From an uncultured Planctomycetaceae bacterium (GTDB taxonomy: Bacteria > Planctomycetota > Planctomycetia > Isosphaerales > Isosphaeraceae), in assembly GCA_963833985.1 (NCBI GenBank), contig CAWIAD010000001.1:1504001-1568000 (forward strand): a stretch of DNA of 64,000 nt, read 5' to 3'. Each line of letters starts with the position of its first letter. Within the stretch, counting starts at the first letter, position 1. A program made the position numbers and the translations under genes. This document shows, piece by piece, positions 53,022 to 63,232 of the stretch. The notes under the pieces were generated by a model that did no database searches, was not told the DNA's origin, and saw only the letters and a list, made by a program, of their open reading frames with translations.

Positions 53022-53822
53022 GTGAAGCGGCAGCCGCTGAGCCTTGCACTCGGTCTCATGATCGCGCTGGCCGGAATCCCGGCGGGCGCCCAGCAGCCTG
53101 CTGATGTGCTTCAGGCACACGGCCTGGTCAAGTCAGGGCGGTTCTTCGTCCTTCCCGACGAGGAGCAGATCAGCCAGGGTCTGATCCACATGCAACCCGT
53201 GATGCGGCTCATGGACGGGAAGTACGCGGCGTGGAAAGCCATTCTCCAGAACGAGTACGAGTTCCAGTGGTGGGGCGATTACAAGATCCAGATGCAAGCC
53301 AAGTCCAACGACGTCCGGGTCCAGTTCAATAACATGCCCGCGAGAAACCCGATGGAACGGCTCCAGAAGCAGGAGGCCGCGCAGGTACTGGCCGCTTACG
53401 CCGCGGAGATCCGGGGGGCGAATACCCAGCTCGAACTCCGCCGCAAGCGGCTGGTGGGAGACGCCGGCAAGCAGAGGGCGGAGAATCAGGCCAAGGACGC
53501 GTGCCGTACCTTCCTGGCCGCCAAGGCGGATCTCTGGCCGGAGTACGAGCGCCTCATGGGCCGGTACCTCGAGCTCAAGAACGACGACGCGGTGCAAAAC
53601 GCGCTGAAGGTTTATAACAGCAAGGCCCAGGCACACTTGAAGCTGGGTCCATCGGACGACCTGACCAGGAAGGTCAAGCTGGTGCTCGACTACGAACGGA
53701 CCTATTCACCCGAGACAGCGCCCCAGCTCAAGAAGCTGACGAGAGTTCAGAAGCTCGATCGAAAGAAAAAGCTGAAGAAGCCCTCCTCCTCGGCGGCCGA
53801 CGACACGATGGCGGGGAAATGA
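53022..53822 (+). CDS. Hypothetical exported coiled-coil protein
   Basis: GGAGG RBS with a GTG start, a signal peptide (..IPAGAQ) and a Gln/Lys-rich helical body. Confidence 0.65.
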   Translation: MKRQPLSLALGLMIALAGIPAGAQQPADVLQAHGLVKSGRFFVLPDEEQISQGLIHMQPVMRLMDGKYAAWKAILQNEYEFQWWGDYKIQMQAKSNDVRVQFNNMPARNPMERLQKQEAAQVLAAYAAEIRGANTQLELRRKRLVGDAGKQRAENQAKDACRTFLAAKADLWPEYERLMGRYLELKNDDAVQNALKVYNSKAQAHLKLGPSDDLTRKVKLVLDYERTYSPETAPQLKKLTRVQKLDRKKKLKKPSSSAADDTMAGK

Positions 53823-53983
53823 ACGCCCGGACCGGGGCGGGCGACGAAGCCCGACTCCGGCTCGTCCCGTCCGCGGGGAGTGGCTGCCGCGATTGCGGAT
53901 CGGTAGAATCCAGGCCAGATCGGGCTTCACGATCGCCTTCATTTCCATCGCTTTTTTTCTGATCCTGCGAACGGGTGCCGCTC

Positions 53984-54895
53984 ATGTCTCAACCAGTGCG
54001 ACCAGGTCAGCCGAACCCTCACGTCGAGCGCTCGGGCACGTTAGTCGAGAGCGATGAGGAGGTCCGCCAGGCCATCGCGGGCCTCAAGGGGGCGGCGCTG
54101 GGTGAGGGGCACGGGCGGGTGCAGGGCGAGACACAAGGCCAACCCACGGCCGCGCAGCCGACCGGGACCCATGCAACCGAAAGGGCTTCGTCGGGCACTC
54201 TCTTTCGACCCACCGTTCGACCGCCGATCGCCACGCTCACCGTGTGCGATGACGGCAGGCCGGACGGCGAGGTGATCCGCATTCGCGATCACAAGTTCGT
54301 GATTGGCCGCACCGAGGGCGACCTGAGAATCCCCATCGACGGCCGGATCTCCTCCCGGCACGCCGAGATCACGCTGCAATCGGTCGGCGGTCTGCATCGC
54401 TGGGTGGTCACCGACCTTCAAAGCACTCACGGCATGTTCGTTCGGGTCTCCCGCACCATCCTGGCCGATCGCGCCGAGTTCCTGGTCGGCAATGGCCGTT
54501 ATCGGTGTGATGCGCCGCAGTCCAGCGCCGATGCGACGGCGGCCCAGGTGGCCGACGCGGCGACCTCCGGCGCGACCCAGGGCTGGGACGGCAGCCCCAG
54601 CCCGTTCCGGCCGCCGGCGATCACGGAGATGATTGGCTACGAGATCGGCAACCGGGTGCTCCTGGTCAAGCCCGAGTACTGGATCGGCACGGACCCGACC
54701 TGCTCGATCTGCCGCTCCGGCGACCCCTTCTGCGAGCCCCGGCACGTCCGCCTCTTCCGCGCGCCTGGTGGTGCGTGGTACGCCGAGCACAACCGCACCC
54801 AGAACGGCCTCTGGCTGCGCATGTCGCAGATCGCCGTGGAATCGGTCGTGCGTTTCCAGCTCGGCGAGCAGCGGTTCGTGCTCCGTTGCAACTGA
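53984..54895 (+). CDS. FHA domain protein (two FHA-like domains)
   Basis: FVIGRTEGD..ISSRHAEI..DLQSTHGMFV, plus a second degenerate copy WIGTDP..EPRHVRL..TQNGLW. Confidence 0.85.
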   Translation: MSQPVRPGQPNPHVERSGTLVESDEEVRQAIAGLKGAALGEGHGRVQGETQGQPTAAQPTGTHATERASSGTLFRPTVRPPIATLTVCDDGRPDGEVIRIRDHKFVIGRTEGDLRIPIDGRISSRHAEITLQSVGGLHRWVVTDLQSTHGMFVRVSRTILADRAEFLVGNGRYRCDAPQSSADATAAQVADAATSGATQGWDGSPSPFRPPAITEMIGYEIGNRVLLVKPEYWIGTDPTCSICRSGDPFCEPRHVRLFRAPGGAWYAEHNRTQNGLWLRMSQIAVESVVRFQLGEQRFVLRCN

Positions 54896-54908
54896 CAGGA
54901 GTTCATAC

Positions 54909-55922
54909 ATGGGACGGGTTGCTCTGGCAATGGTGTGCATCCTGACTCTGATCTCTGGCCAGGTCCAGGCACAGATGATGTTCATTGGCCCCGGGTCGAC
55001 AGCCCAGGGAGACTATCTCAGGGGCGTGGGGTTCGCGGGGTTCGGCATGGGTGCATACAACGAACGGACAGCCATCGCCAACGCCATCAACCTGAATACG
55101 TCGATTCGACTGAACGAATATATCTACAATTGCCTGATGCATGAAAATCAGATGAACGCCGAGCACCGCCAGGCGATGAAGCAGAAGCACAAGGAGGGGT
55201 ACGACAAGATCAAGGAGCGGATCGATCAGAATCCCGAGGCGCACGACGTCCGCAAGGGAGATGCACTCAACCACCTCCTGAGAGAACTGAACAACCCGAA
55301 GATCCAGGAAACGACCTCGCGCCAGAACGCGGTGCCGCTTTCCGTCGATGAAGTCCGCCGCATTCCGTTCAAGCTCGGCGAGCATGGCGTGGACCACTTC
55401 TCGGTCGCCCGGCTCACCTCCAAGGGTAAGGGGAAATGGCCGAATGCCTTCCAGGATAATCGATTCAATAACGACCGCCGCGCTTTCGAGAAGGCGCTCG
55501 ACGAAGCTCTGGAACAGCAGTACAACAACAATGTCCAGATCGCATCCATCGAAGCCGTCAACAAGGCCATCGACAATCTGGAATACACGCTCATCAAGGT
55601 GCTGGGAAAGAGCTCCGACAAGCTCTACATCGAGGCCAGGGAAAAAGTGAAAGACATGCGAAAGACGGCCGAGATGCTCAAGCTTCAGAAGGTGCGGGAG
55701 GCGCTCGGCGACCTGGAACGCTACGCCGGAACCACTGTCGATGACCTGAGAGTGTTCATGCTCAGCCACAACCTCCAGTTCGCCGATGCCGACACTCCCG
55801 AGGAGAGAGTGCTCTTTCCAGAGCTCTACACGAAACTGAGCGAGCAGAAAGATCGCGTGTCACAGGGTTTGGCGGTGCAGGATGATGGCCCGAAGGTCCG
55901 CGACGGAGGGTTCGCTCAATGA
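54909..55922 (+). CDS. Hypothetical exported protein
   Basis: AGGAG RBS, a signal peptide (..QVQAQ), the motif GSTAQGDYLRG..YN..TAIANAIN and a helical remainder. The stop overlaps the next gene (ATGA). Confidence 0.7.
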   Translation: MGRVALAMVCILTLISGQVQAQMMFIGPGSTAQGDYLRGVGFAGFGMGAYNERTAIANAINLNTSIRLNEYIYNCLMHENQMNAEHRQAMKQKHKEGYDKIKERIDQNPEAHDVRKGDALNHLLRELNNPKIQETTSRQNAVPLSVDEVRRIPFKLGEHGVDHFSVARLTSKGKGKWPNAFQDNRFNNDRRAFEKALDEALEQQYNNNVQIASIEAVNKAIDNLEYTLIKVLGKSSDKLYIEAREKVKDMRKTAEMLKLQKVREALGDLERYAGTTVDDLRVFMLSHNLQFADADTPEERVLFPELYTKLSEQKDRVSQGLAVQDDGPKVRDGGFAQ

Positions 55923-57031
55923 AGCGGAACGCCATCGCGGCCGCCGTGGCCTGCCTTTACATCGGGCTTTCGGCCTGGCTGGTTCGGACCGAGGGTCAAT
56001 CCTACCGAGAGCGGCTGATCCGGGGCCAAGCGTCAAAGTCTGAGTTCGTTGATCCCGACCAGGGGCCCGGCCAGGCTCCCGCGGAAAAGGCAAAGGCTAT
56101 CCCTGCGCCGTCCGGAGATCCAGGGGCGCACACCGACGCGAGCCAGGCGCCCCGGGCGGCCGACCTCCCGCCAGCCTCCGTGTCCGCCCCGCCGACGCTC
56201 AAGCCCACTCTGGTTCCGGCCTCTGAGTCGCATTCCCCGGAAGCCGGGCCGCGTGAAGTCGCCATGATCAAACCTGGCACGGCCAGGGCGCCAGAAATGG
56301 ATCTGTCGAAACTCGACCCGTTCTGGAGCCAGCCGGAACTCAAGCGGAACTGGAACCTGGCCAATCTCAGTGACCAGGACGAGATGCGCCTGGGCGAGTC
56401 GCTGCACGCACTGATCTTGCATTTCAATCCACCGGCGACCGGCGGGCCCTGGCTGGAGCGTGTCGATCAGGCGGCAAAACCGGTTCTCTCGAGGGTCTCC
56501 AGAAAGAGTATCCGCTACACCTTCACGATCCTGGATTCCAATGATGTCAACGCATTTTCTCATTTTGGAGGATACATCTATCTCACGCGCGGAGTGTTCT
56601 CTTTCCTGGGCGAGGATGAGGACGCCGCGCTTCTGTTCATCCTGGCACACGAGATTGCTCACGTCGATCAGAAGCATATGCTGGAGTGCTTGCGGGACCG
56701 CGATCTCCAGGGCGGCTCGATGGGCACCTTGGAGAAAGCGTATTTCGTGATCTTGCCTCTGGGCTACCCCAATCAACAGGAATTCGCGGCCGACCAGTGG
56801 GCCTATCGCCAGCTCGTCACGACGGACCACACGCGGTACGAGTCGCTCAAGTTCCTGCGCAAGCTGAAGAATTATGCCTCGGCGCACGATTTCGGTGATG
56901 GTCGGGTCCACTACCGGCCCACGCGTGATTCGTCACCGGTTCAGAACCATTTGCGGTCGCATCCGGCCGCATGGAAACGCCTCAGCGAGCTGGAGGCGTT
57001 CCTCAACGCGCCTTCGGGGAAGTCCCGATGA
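55919..57031 (+). CDS. M48 family metallopeptidase
   Basis: NAFSHFGGYIYLTRG, LAHEIAH, QEFAAD and SHP, with an N-terminal membrane anchor. Confidence 0.9.
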   Translation: MKRNAIAAAVACLYIGLSAWLVRTEGQSYRERLIRGQASKSEFVDPDQGPGQAPAEKAKAIPAPSGDPGAHTDASQAPRAADLPPASVSAPPTLKPTLVPASESHSPEAGPREVAMIKPGTARAPEMDLSKLDPFWSQPELKRNWNLANLSDQDEMRLGESLHALILHFNPPATGGPWLERVDQAAKPVLSRVSRKSIRYTFTILDSNDVNAFSHFGGYIYLTRGVFSFLGEDEDAALLFILAHEIAHVDQKHMLECLRDRDLQGGSMGTLEKAYFVILPLGYPNQQEFAADQWAYRQLVTTDHTRYESLKFLRKLKNYASAHDFGDGRVHYRPTRDSSPVQNHLRSHPAAWKRLSELEAFLNAPSGKSR

Positions 57032-58409
57032 AGGCCACCGTAGCCGCCAGTCCGATGACCATGGCCCCCAGCGCCATGACGTCCGCTCTCAGGCCCATGC
57101 GGTGGACCTCGGCTGGAAAATAGACCTCGGCGCGGTCGCGATCGTTCGCTGGACTGGAGCCCCCGCCCGGTGAGGACAAAACAGGCTCTTGCTCAGCTTC
57201 GAGCAAGAGCAATCCCTCGAATGCCCATCGCGACGGCATGAGGCCCGCGGCCAGTCCGGCGCCTCCTGGCATTTGATGGAGCGGTTTCCACTCGCCTCCG
57301 AAGAGCCACATCACCAGCAGGAGCGCCGGTACAATGGCCCGGGCCACGCTGGGACGAGGTGCCAGATCGACCACCAGTAAGCCCAGTGCCAGTCCCACCG
57401 CGGCTGCCAGGAGCAGGACGGCCAGGGCGGACAGGCTCGGGGCCCTCAGTGCCGCCAGGGGGGCGACGATCGACCAGGCCAACAGGCACTGCAACGCGGA
57501 GAGAGCCGCCAGCGTCAGGAGCTGCGTGGGCGGGTGCATGGGCTCTTCCGGGGGAAGCCCGGCCGGGCCATGCGCTGGCTTGACGAGGCCTCCGAATACG
57601 GCATTGGCCAGGCCGAACCCGACCGCGCAGAGGCCGAGCCAGAAGAGCACCGGTGCGGTCGACGTCCCTGCGGCCAGGGCCGCGATGAGCAGAGCGGTCA
57701 CGGGCGCCAGGGCAAGCAGGGCCGCCAGCCGTAGCCAGGGGCGGTTCAAGAGCCGTGCAACCTCGCCCGGGCCTGTCCCCGCCGCCAGCGTAGACAGCGG
57801 CTCGAGCGCCTGCACGAGGGGTTCCGCGGGTCGTGTGGCGGCGGTGTCATGCGATTTGGCGGGAGGCGAGCTTGCCGGGAGCCATGAGTCCGCGTTCAGT
57901 GCCACCACGTGGCTTCCCAGCGCGATCTGGTCGGTGGGACTCAGAGCCATCGGGCCGGTCAACCGCACCCCGTTGACGAAGGTCCCGTTGGCGGAACGGA
58001 GATCCTCGATGAAGATTTGCGTGCCGTCGCGATACAGCCGCGCGTGCCGCGAGGAGATCATCGGCTGCTCGATCACGTGGTCGCATCCGGCGACCCGGCC
58101 GATGACCAGTTCCGCGGTGCGAAAGGAGATCGTCGATGCAGGTGCGGGCTGGAAGAGTGCCAGAAGCGCTTCAATCGGCAGCGCATGACTGCCCAGGTGG
58201 ATGGCGTCGCCGGGACCGAGCGTGACGGGAACAGCGCCCCGCACGCGCTGGCCGTTGAAGAAAGTGCCGTTGGTGGAATTGAGATCCTCGAGGAGATATC
58301 CCGTCTCAGTACGGGTCAACCGGCAATGGCTTCCCGAGACCGAGGGCACATTCACAACCAGGTCGCAATCCGGGCGGGAACCAATTGTCAGCGATCGCGA
58401 GGTGATCAT
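57003..58409 (-). CDS. FHA-FHA protein fused to an ABC-2-permease-like membrane domain, with no ATPase domain
   Basis: IGSRPDCD..VSGSHC..DLNSTNGTF and IGRVAGCD..ISSRHA..DLRSANGTF, then about 6 TM helices with LMPSRWAFEGLL. Confidence 0.8.
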   Translation of the reverse strand: MITSRSLTIGSRPDCDLVVNVPSVSGSHCRLTRTETGYLLEDLNSTNGTFFNGQRVRGAVPVTLGPGDAIHLGSHALPIEALLALFQPAPASTISFRTAELVIGRVAGCDHVIEQPMISSRHARLYRDGTQIFIEDLRSANGTFVNGVRLTGPMALSPTDQIALGSHVVALNADSWLPASSPPAKSHDTAATRPAEPLVQALEPLSTLAAGTGPGEVARLLNRPWLRLAALLALAPVTALLIAALAAGTSTAPVLFWLGLCAVGFGLANAVFGGLVKPAHGPAGLPPEEPMHPPTQLLTLAALSALQCLLAWSIVAPLAALRAPSLSALAVLLLAAAVGLALGLLVVDLAPRPSVARAIVPALLLVMWLFGGEWKPLHQMPGGAGLAAGLMPSRWAFEGLLLLEAEQEPVLSSPGGGSSPANDRDRAEVYFPAEVHRMGLRADVMALGAMVIGLAATVAFIGTSPKAR

Positions 58410-58727
58410 GGTCAACGGCCTTCGGACGGAGCGAGCCCAGGAACCGAGAGGGATGCGTGGACGCCTGGCATCCTGGCTTGCGGCAGCATAATACCGAGAC
58501 AAATAAGGATCCGGAATGAGGCTCTTGCCGGGAAGTGATTCCGCCTCGCCGGTGACAAGCTCGTCGACCGAGCGAATGGAGAGCCCGTGTTCGGGCGCTG
58601 AAGGGGCTGTCGTTGGGTGGCTTGCGTCAGGGAGGGCGATGCCGTTCTGGGGCAGAAACGGACCGAGGCGCCCGGTTTGAGTGGGGCGCCTCGGCGGACA
58701 GCACGGCAGCGTTGTTCGGGTTCGTGT

Positions 58728-59041
58728 TCAGAGAGTACCCGCGGCGACCAGCTCCGGGGTTCCGGACCGGGAGGATTCACCGGTGCGATCGTCTTGCAGT
58801 CCATCGTCGGGGATGCTGGCGATCTGGACAAAGGTTAATGGGCCGGGGACGAGGCCGGGCTGCTCGAGGACGAGAAGGCCGTAGGGAGAGCTCTGGTTGC
58901 CGCGCGGGGGCGGTCCGTATCGGTCCGGGTCAATCGCCCCCGGACCAGCGTTCCGGAACAGGAGATCTGCACCAGCGGATGATCGGTGCCCTGACGGCGG
59001 CGGATCTCCACGAGAGTCGCCTTGCAGTGTTCAAACGTCAT
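58728..59041 (-). CDS. Small hypothetical protein; frameshift near 58905
   Basis: MTFEHCKATLVEIRRRQGTDHPLV.. continues in a shifted frame as SPYGLLVLEQPGLVPGPLTFVQIASIPDDGL to TGA at 58728. Confidence 0.55.
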
Positions 59042-59368
59042 CGTTCCACCTTCCTGGCTTGCGACGAACCGAGGCTCGAGACCGTGTCTTACGTGTGCCG
59101 AGGCTCTCGCCGTGCGGCGGTCGGGTCCTCGTGACCCAACTGGAGGAGAGGTCGCACGGTCTGGTTCGCGACAGCGGGCCTATTGTGAGGATCGGAGCAG
59201 ACGGGTCAAGAGTGACACCCTGAACGAACACGTGATCCGCGTTGACCGCGCGACGGTTTTATGACAAAACTCGCTCGCGCCGGACGTCGATAGAATTATA
59301 GTGTCTCTCTCGCCGCCCTGGCATTCGTCGTGGCGGAAAAACGTCAATCCTCAGGATGAGGAACCGGA

Positions 59369-60943
59369 ATGGGCATGGAATCGCCCCCATCGCAGACGGT
59401 TCGCGCCAGCCAGATTCCCCATCGCTGGACGCGCGTTTCGGATCCCGGCTCCGAGTCTGTCGTCGCGGCGTATGAAACGGTCATTGCGGGGGGTGGTCCC
59501 GCTGGCCTCACCGGCGCCTATGAGCTGGCCTGCCACGGCCGGTCCTGCGTGGTCCTCGAAGCTGATTCCCGCCTGGTGGGAGGCATCAGCCGGACCGATG
59601 AGTACAAGGGGTACCGGTTTGATATTGGCGGGCATCGCTTCTTCTCCAAGAGCCGCGAGATCACCGCGCTCTGGCGGGAGATCCTCGGAGACCAGTTCAT
59701 CACGCGCTCCCGGCTCAGCCGCATCTATTACAACCGCAAGTTCTTTCATTACCCCCTCAAGCCCGTTGACGCGCTCTGGAAGCTGGGGCCTTACCGCTCC
59801 GCGCGCATCCTCCTGAGCTACCTCAAGGCCCAGTTGCGGCCCATCCGCCCCGAGCGCTCATTCGAAGCCTGGGTCGTGAACCGGTTTGGCAGGGTGCTCT
59901 TCGAGATCTTCTTCAAGTCCTACACCGAGAAGCTCTGGGGCATGCCCACGAATGAGATCTCGGCCGACTGGGCGGCGCAGCGGATCAAGGGGCTGAACCT
60001 GGTTGCCGCGGTCTTCAACGGCCTGTTCGGCGGGCTCAAGTCGAAGAAGGGCGAGGTCATCAAGACCCTGATCGACGAGTTTCAGTATCCCAGGCTCGGT
60101 CCCGGCCAGATGTGGGAAGCGGTGCGTGATCGCATCCGGGCGCAGGGCAGTGCGGTGCACCTGGACCGGAAAGTGGTACGAATCGAGCATGACGGCTCGG
60201 TGGTCACTGCCTTCCTCGCGGTCGATTCCCAGGGCCGGACGACGCGCTACCTGGGATCTCATTTCCTCTCGACCATGCCGGTTCGAGACCTCATCCGAGC
60301 CATGGACCCGCCGGCGCCCGAGGCCGTCCGGGCCGCGGCCGAGGCGCTCAGGTACCGCGACTTCCTCACCGTGGTGCTCATCGTCAATCGGGCCACGACC
60401 TTCCCGGACACCTGGATCTACATCCACGAGCCGGATGTTCGCGTGGGCCGGATCCAGAATTTCAAGAACTGGTCGCCGGACCTCGTGCCCGATGCTGCGC
60501 GGTCTAGCCTGGGCCTGGAGTATTTCTGCTTCGAGGGAGATGATCTCTGGAACCGCTCGGACGCCGAGCTGCTCGAGCTGGGCCGACGTGAGATCGAGAC
60601 CATCGGGCTGGTGGCGGCCGCCGACGTGATCGACGGGTGCGTGGTCCGCATGCCGAAGGCGTATCCCGTCTACGATGACGAGTACCAGTCGCAGCTCGCG
60701 GTGATCCGGGGCTGGCTGGGCCAGCTCTCGAACCTCGAGCTCGCGGGCCGCAACGGAATGCACAAGTACAACAACCAGGATCACTCCATGATGACGGCCC
60801 TGCTGGCGGCGCGGAACATCCTGGGGCAGGGCCAGTACGATACCTGGAAAGTGAACACCGACGCGGAATACCATGAAGAGGGCGAGGACACCGAGGCCCG
60901 GAACGCTGGCCGCATGGTTCCCCGCAAGGTCGGCTCGGTGTAA
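59369..60943 (+). CDS. NAD(P)/FAD-dependent oxidoreductase (HemY / UDP-galactopyranose mutase-like)
   Basis: IAGGGPAGLTGAYEL, FDIGGHRFFSK, YTEKLWG, KAYPVYD and GRNGMHKYNNQDHSM. Confidence 0.88.
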   Translation: MGMESPPSQTVRASQIPHRWTRVSDPGSESVVAAYETVIAGGGPAGLTGAYELACHGRSCVVLEADSRLVGGISRTDEYKGYRFDIGGHRFFSKSREITALWREILGDQFITRSRLSRIYYNRKFFHYPLKPVDALWKLGPYRSARILLSYLKAQLRPIRPERSFEAWVVNRFGRVLFEIFFKSYTEKLWGMPTNEISADWAAQRIKGLNLVAAVFNGLFGGLKSKKGEVIKTLIDEFQYPRLGPGQMWEAVRDRIRAQGSAVHLDRKVVRIEHDGSVVTAFLAVDSQGRTTRYLGSHFLSTMPVRDLIRAMDPPAPEAVRAAAEALRYRDFLTVVLIVNRATTFPDTWIYIHEPDVRVGRIQNFKNWSPDLVPDAARSSLGLEYFCFEGDDLWNRSDAELLELGRREIETIGLVAAADVIDGCVVRMPKAYPVYDDEYQSQLAVIRGWLGQLSNLELAGRNGMHKYNNQDHSMMTALLAARNILGQGQYDTWKVNTDAEYHEEGEDTEARNAGRMVPRKVGSV

Positions 60944-60979
60944 CTCCGGCAGCCGGCGGTATGATTTCGCACCCAATGA

Positions 60980-61346
60980 TTAAAACTTCTTCAGAGCAGA
61001 CGGCTCATCGGGGAAGATTTCGAAGAGCCGATCGAACTGGCTCACCTTGAACGCATCCATCACGGGCGGGCGAAGCGCAGAGTCTGACCTTCGCCTTGAG
61101 TTCTTGCATCTTGCGGTGCAAGCGGACGAGCTGGGCAAGCATGGAGCTGGAGAGGTAGCCAACGTTGTACAGGTTCAGCAAAACCTTCTTGAATTTCTTG
61201 GTATCGATCAGGTCGAAGAGCTCCTTGCCAACCTTGTCAACGAGGTCTCCCTCCATCATCGGTGCTGTCTCAAGGAATGCGATCACGGCGACGCCCTCGA
61301 CCTCCTTGAGGCTTACAAACTGATAAGGCGACTTGCCTGGGGGCAT
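60980..61346 (-). CDS. STAS domain anti-sigma factor antagonist; frameshift near 61075
   Basis: KVLLNLYNVGYLSSSMLAQLVRL..VRLC, then LRPPVMDAFKVSQFDRLFEIFPDEPSALKKF in a shifted frame. Confidence 0.85.
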
Positions 61347-61638
61347 GATGCAGACTCCAAACGGAAGCAGCGACCGCGCGGCTGCGGGGGTTGTCATCCA
61401 GACTTCGAGGGGACGTCGCGGCGAGGATGCAGCTTTCCGCTCGAAGATTGACGGCAATCGACGACCGTCAATATATTGAATAGCAGTCCTGTTGAACACA
61501 GCGATTCCCACCGAACGTGGCCCTTCGCGGAAGTGAGGCCCTTGGCTCGTCTGCTGAGAGCTGGGCCAGAACCGTGTGTATGGACGAGGCTGGAATCGCT
61601 GGTCCCGTCAGGTCTTCAGACCAGGAGTGATGTGCGTG

Positions 61639-63111
61639 ATGGCCGATTCTTCAGTCATGGCACCGGCGCGGGTCGAGCCGGCAAGCGCAACGACCCCGAA
61701 AGAGACACGCCGGCCGGGATGGTCGCGTTCTCGATGGATCATGGCGGCGATCTTCGGTGCGGCTGCTCTCGTCACGGCATTCCTGGTCTTCAGCTCCGGC
61801 AAGGGCCAGACAGAGGAGAAGGCCGCGGCCGGATCCGCTGCTCAGGAACAGGATGCGAACGTGATCTCCGTGAAGGTGGTCAACCCCAGCCGGGGAGGCA
61901 TGAAGAAGATCACGGACCAGCCGGGCACGATCCGGGCGTTCGACCGTGCCACCCTCTATGCCAAGGTGTCCGGCTACCTCAAAGAGTTGAAGGTCGACCG
62001 TGGCGACCATGTGAAGGCCGGAACCTTGCTGGCGCAGATCTACGTACCGGAGCTTGATGTCGCGGTGCAGCAGGCCGAGTCGGACTTGCTGCATGCCAAG
62101 GCCCTGGTCACGGAAGCCGAGGCGCGCGTCAAGACGGCGCTTGCGGGCGTGCAGGCGGCCGAGGCCAAGAAGAATGAGGCCCTCGCCAACAAGGAAAAGG
62201 CCGTGGCCTACCGGCAGTATCGCAAGAAGGCCCTCGACCGGATGACGGACCTGGCCCGCCGCAACGCCGCCGAGCAGCGGCTCGTGGACGAGTACGAGGA
62301 CGATTACATGGCTTCAATCTCCGCGGAGCACGCCGCGTCGTCGGAGATCCAGACGGCCGAAGCCAAGATATCCGAAGCCAAGGCCAACGTGATTCTTGCC
62401 GAGGCGGACCTGGCAACCGCCAAGACGGAGGTCCAGGTGGCCGAAGCCAACCTGGAAAAAGCCAAGGTGATGCTCAGCTACACCAGGATCGAGTCTCCCT
62501 TTGACGGCGTGGTCACGTTCCGTGGAGAGGGCATGCACAAGGGGGCCTTCATCCGCTCGGCGGCCGATGGCAACTCCGAGCCCCTCCTGGCCGTCGCCAC
62601 GACCGACGTCATGCGGACGATCGTTCAGGTTCCCGATCCGGATGTCCCATTCTGCAACGTGGGCGACCCGGCCACCATCAGGATCGACGCGCTGGGCGGC
62701 CGCGAGTTCAAGGGCAAGGTGAGCCGTATGGCCGAATCCGAGGACATCAAGGACCGGACCATGCGCGTCGAGATCGACCTGCCCAATGATCACGGCATTT
62801 TCCGCGACGGCATGTACGGCCGCGCGATCATCGAGCTGGAGCCGCCCACGCAGAACCTCACCATCCCGGCGACATGCCTCATCGAGCAGAACGGCACCGA
62901 AGGTGCGGTGTACGTGGTCCGCGACGGCAAGGTCAAGCGGGTTCCGATCAAGGTCGGCAAGGATAGCGGACTGAGCGTTGAGGTCCTCAGCGGACTCTCC
63001 CCGGACGATCAGCTGGTGGCCCAGATCACCCCCGCGATCAGCGAGGGCGTTGAGGTGAAGCCGGAGCTCGCGACAGTGGCGGCTGTGGGTAAGAAGGGTT
63101 CCAGCGAATAG
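61639..63111 (+). CDS. Efflux RND transporter periplasmic adaptor subunit (MFP)
   Basis: TM anchor, LYAKVSGYL..VDRGDHVKAG, a long coiled coil, IESPFDGVV, RTMRVEIDLPN and GMYG. Confidence 0.9.
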   Translation: MADSSVMAPARVEPASATTPKETRRPGWSRSRWIMAAIFGAAALVTAFLVFSSGKGQTEEKAAAGSAAQEQDANVISVKVVNPSRGGMKKITDQPGTIRAFDRATLYAKVSGYLKELKVDRGDHVKAGTLLAQIYVPELDVAVQQAESDLLHAKALVTEAEARVKTALAGVQAAEAKKNEALANKEKAVAYRQYRKKALDRMTDLARRNAAEQRLVDEYEDDYMASISAEHAASSEIQTAEAKISEAKANVILAEADLATAKTEVQVAEANLEKAKVMLSYTRIESPFDGVVTFRGEGMHKGAFIRSAADGNSEPLLAVATTDVMRTIVQVPDPDVPFCNVGDPATIRIDALGGREFKGKVSRMAESEDIKDRTMRVEIDLPNDHGIFRDGMYGRAIIELEPPTQNLTIPATCLIEQNGTEGAVYVVRDGKVKRVPIKVGKDSGLSVEVLSGLSPDDQLVAQITPAISEGVEVKPELATVAAVGKKGSSE

Positions 63112-63232
63112 TCCGTTCGCGGACCGCCCATTGCGGGTCGTCGGATCGATCGGTCCGAAGCGCATGGCCGATAAGAAAGAGGACTTGTCGAACTGACGCC
63201 CACTTTCTTGCGGCCATGGAGGGTCGGCCACG

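Noticed and set aside
3030..61080. About 13 frameshifts (near 3040, 9933, 14612, 18011, 27722, 28013, 31485, 32485, 37407, 45150, 45620, 58905, 61075) as programmed frameshifting or mass pseudogenisation
   Set aside because: They are small indels, those I examined in G/C runs or GC dinucleotide repeats, scattered over unrelated genes without other decay or slippery heptamers. Long-read consensus error is the simpler explanation; read data would settle it.
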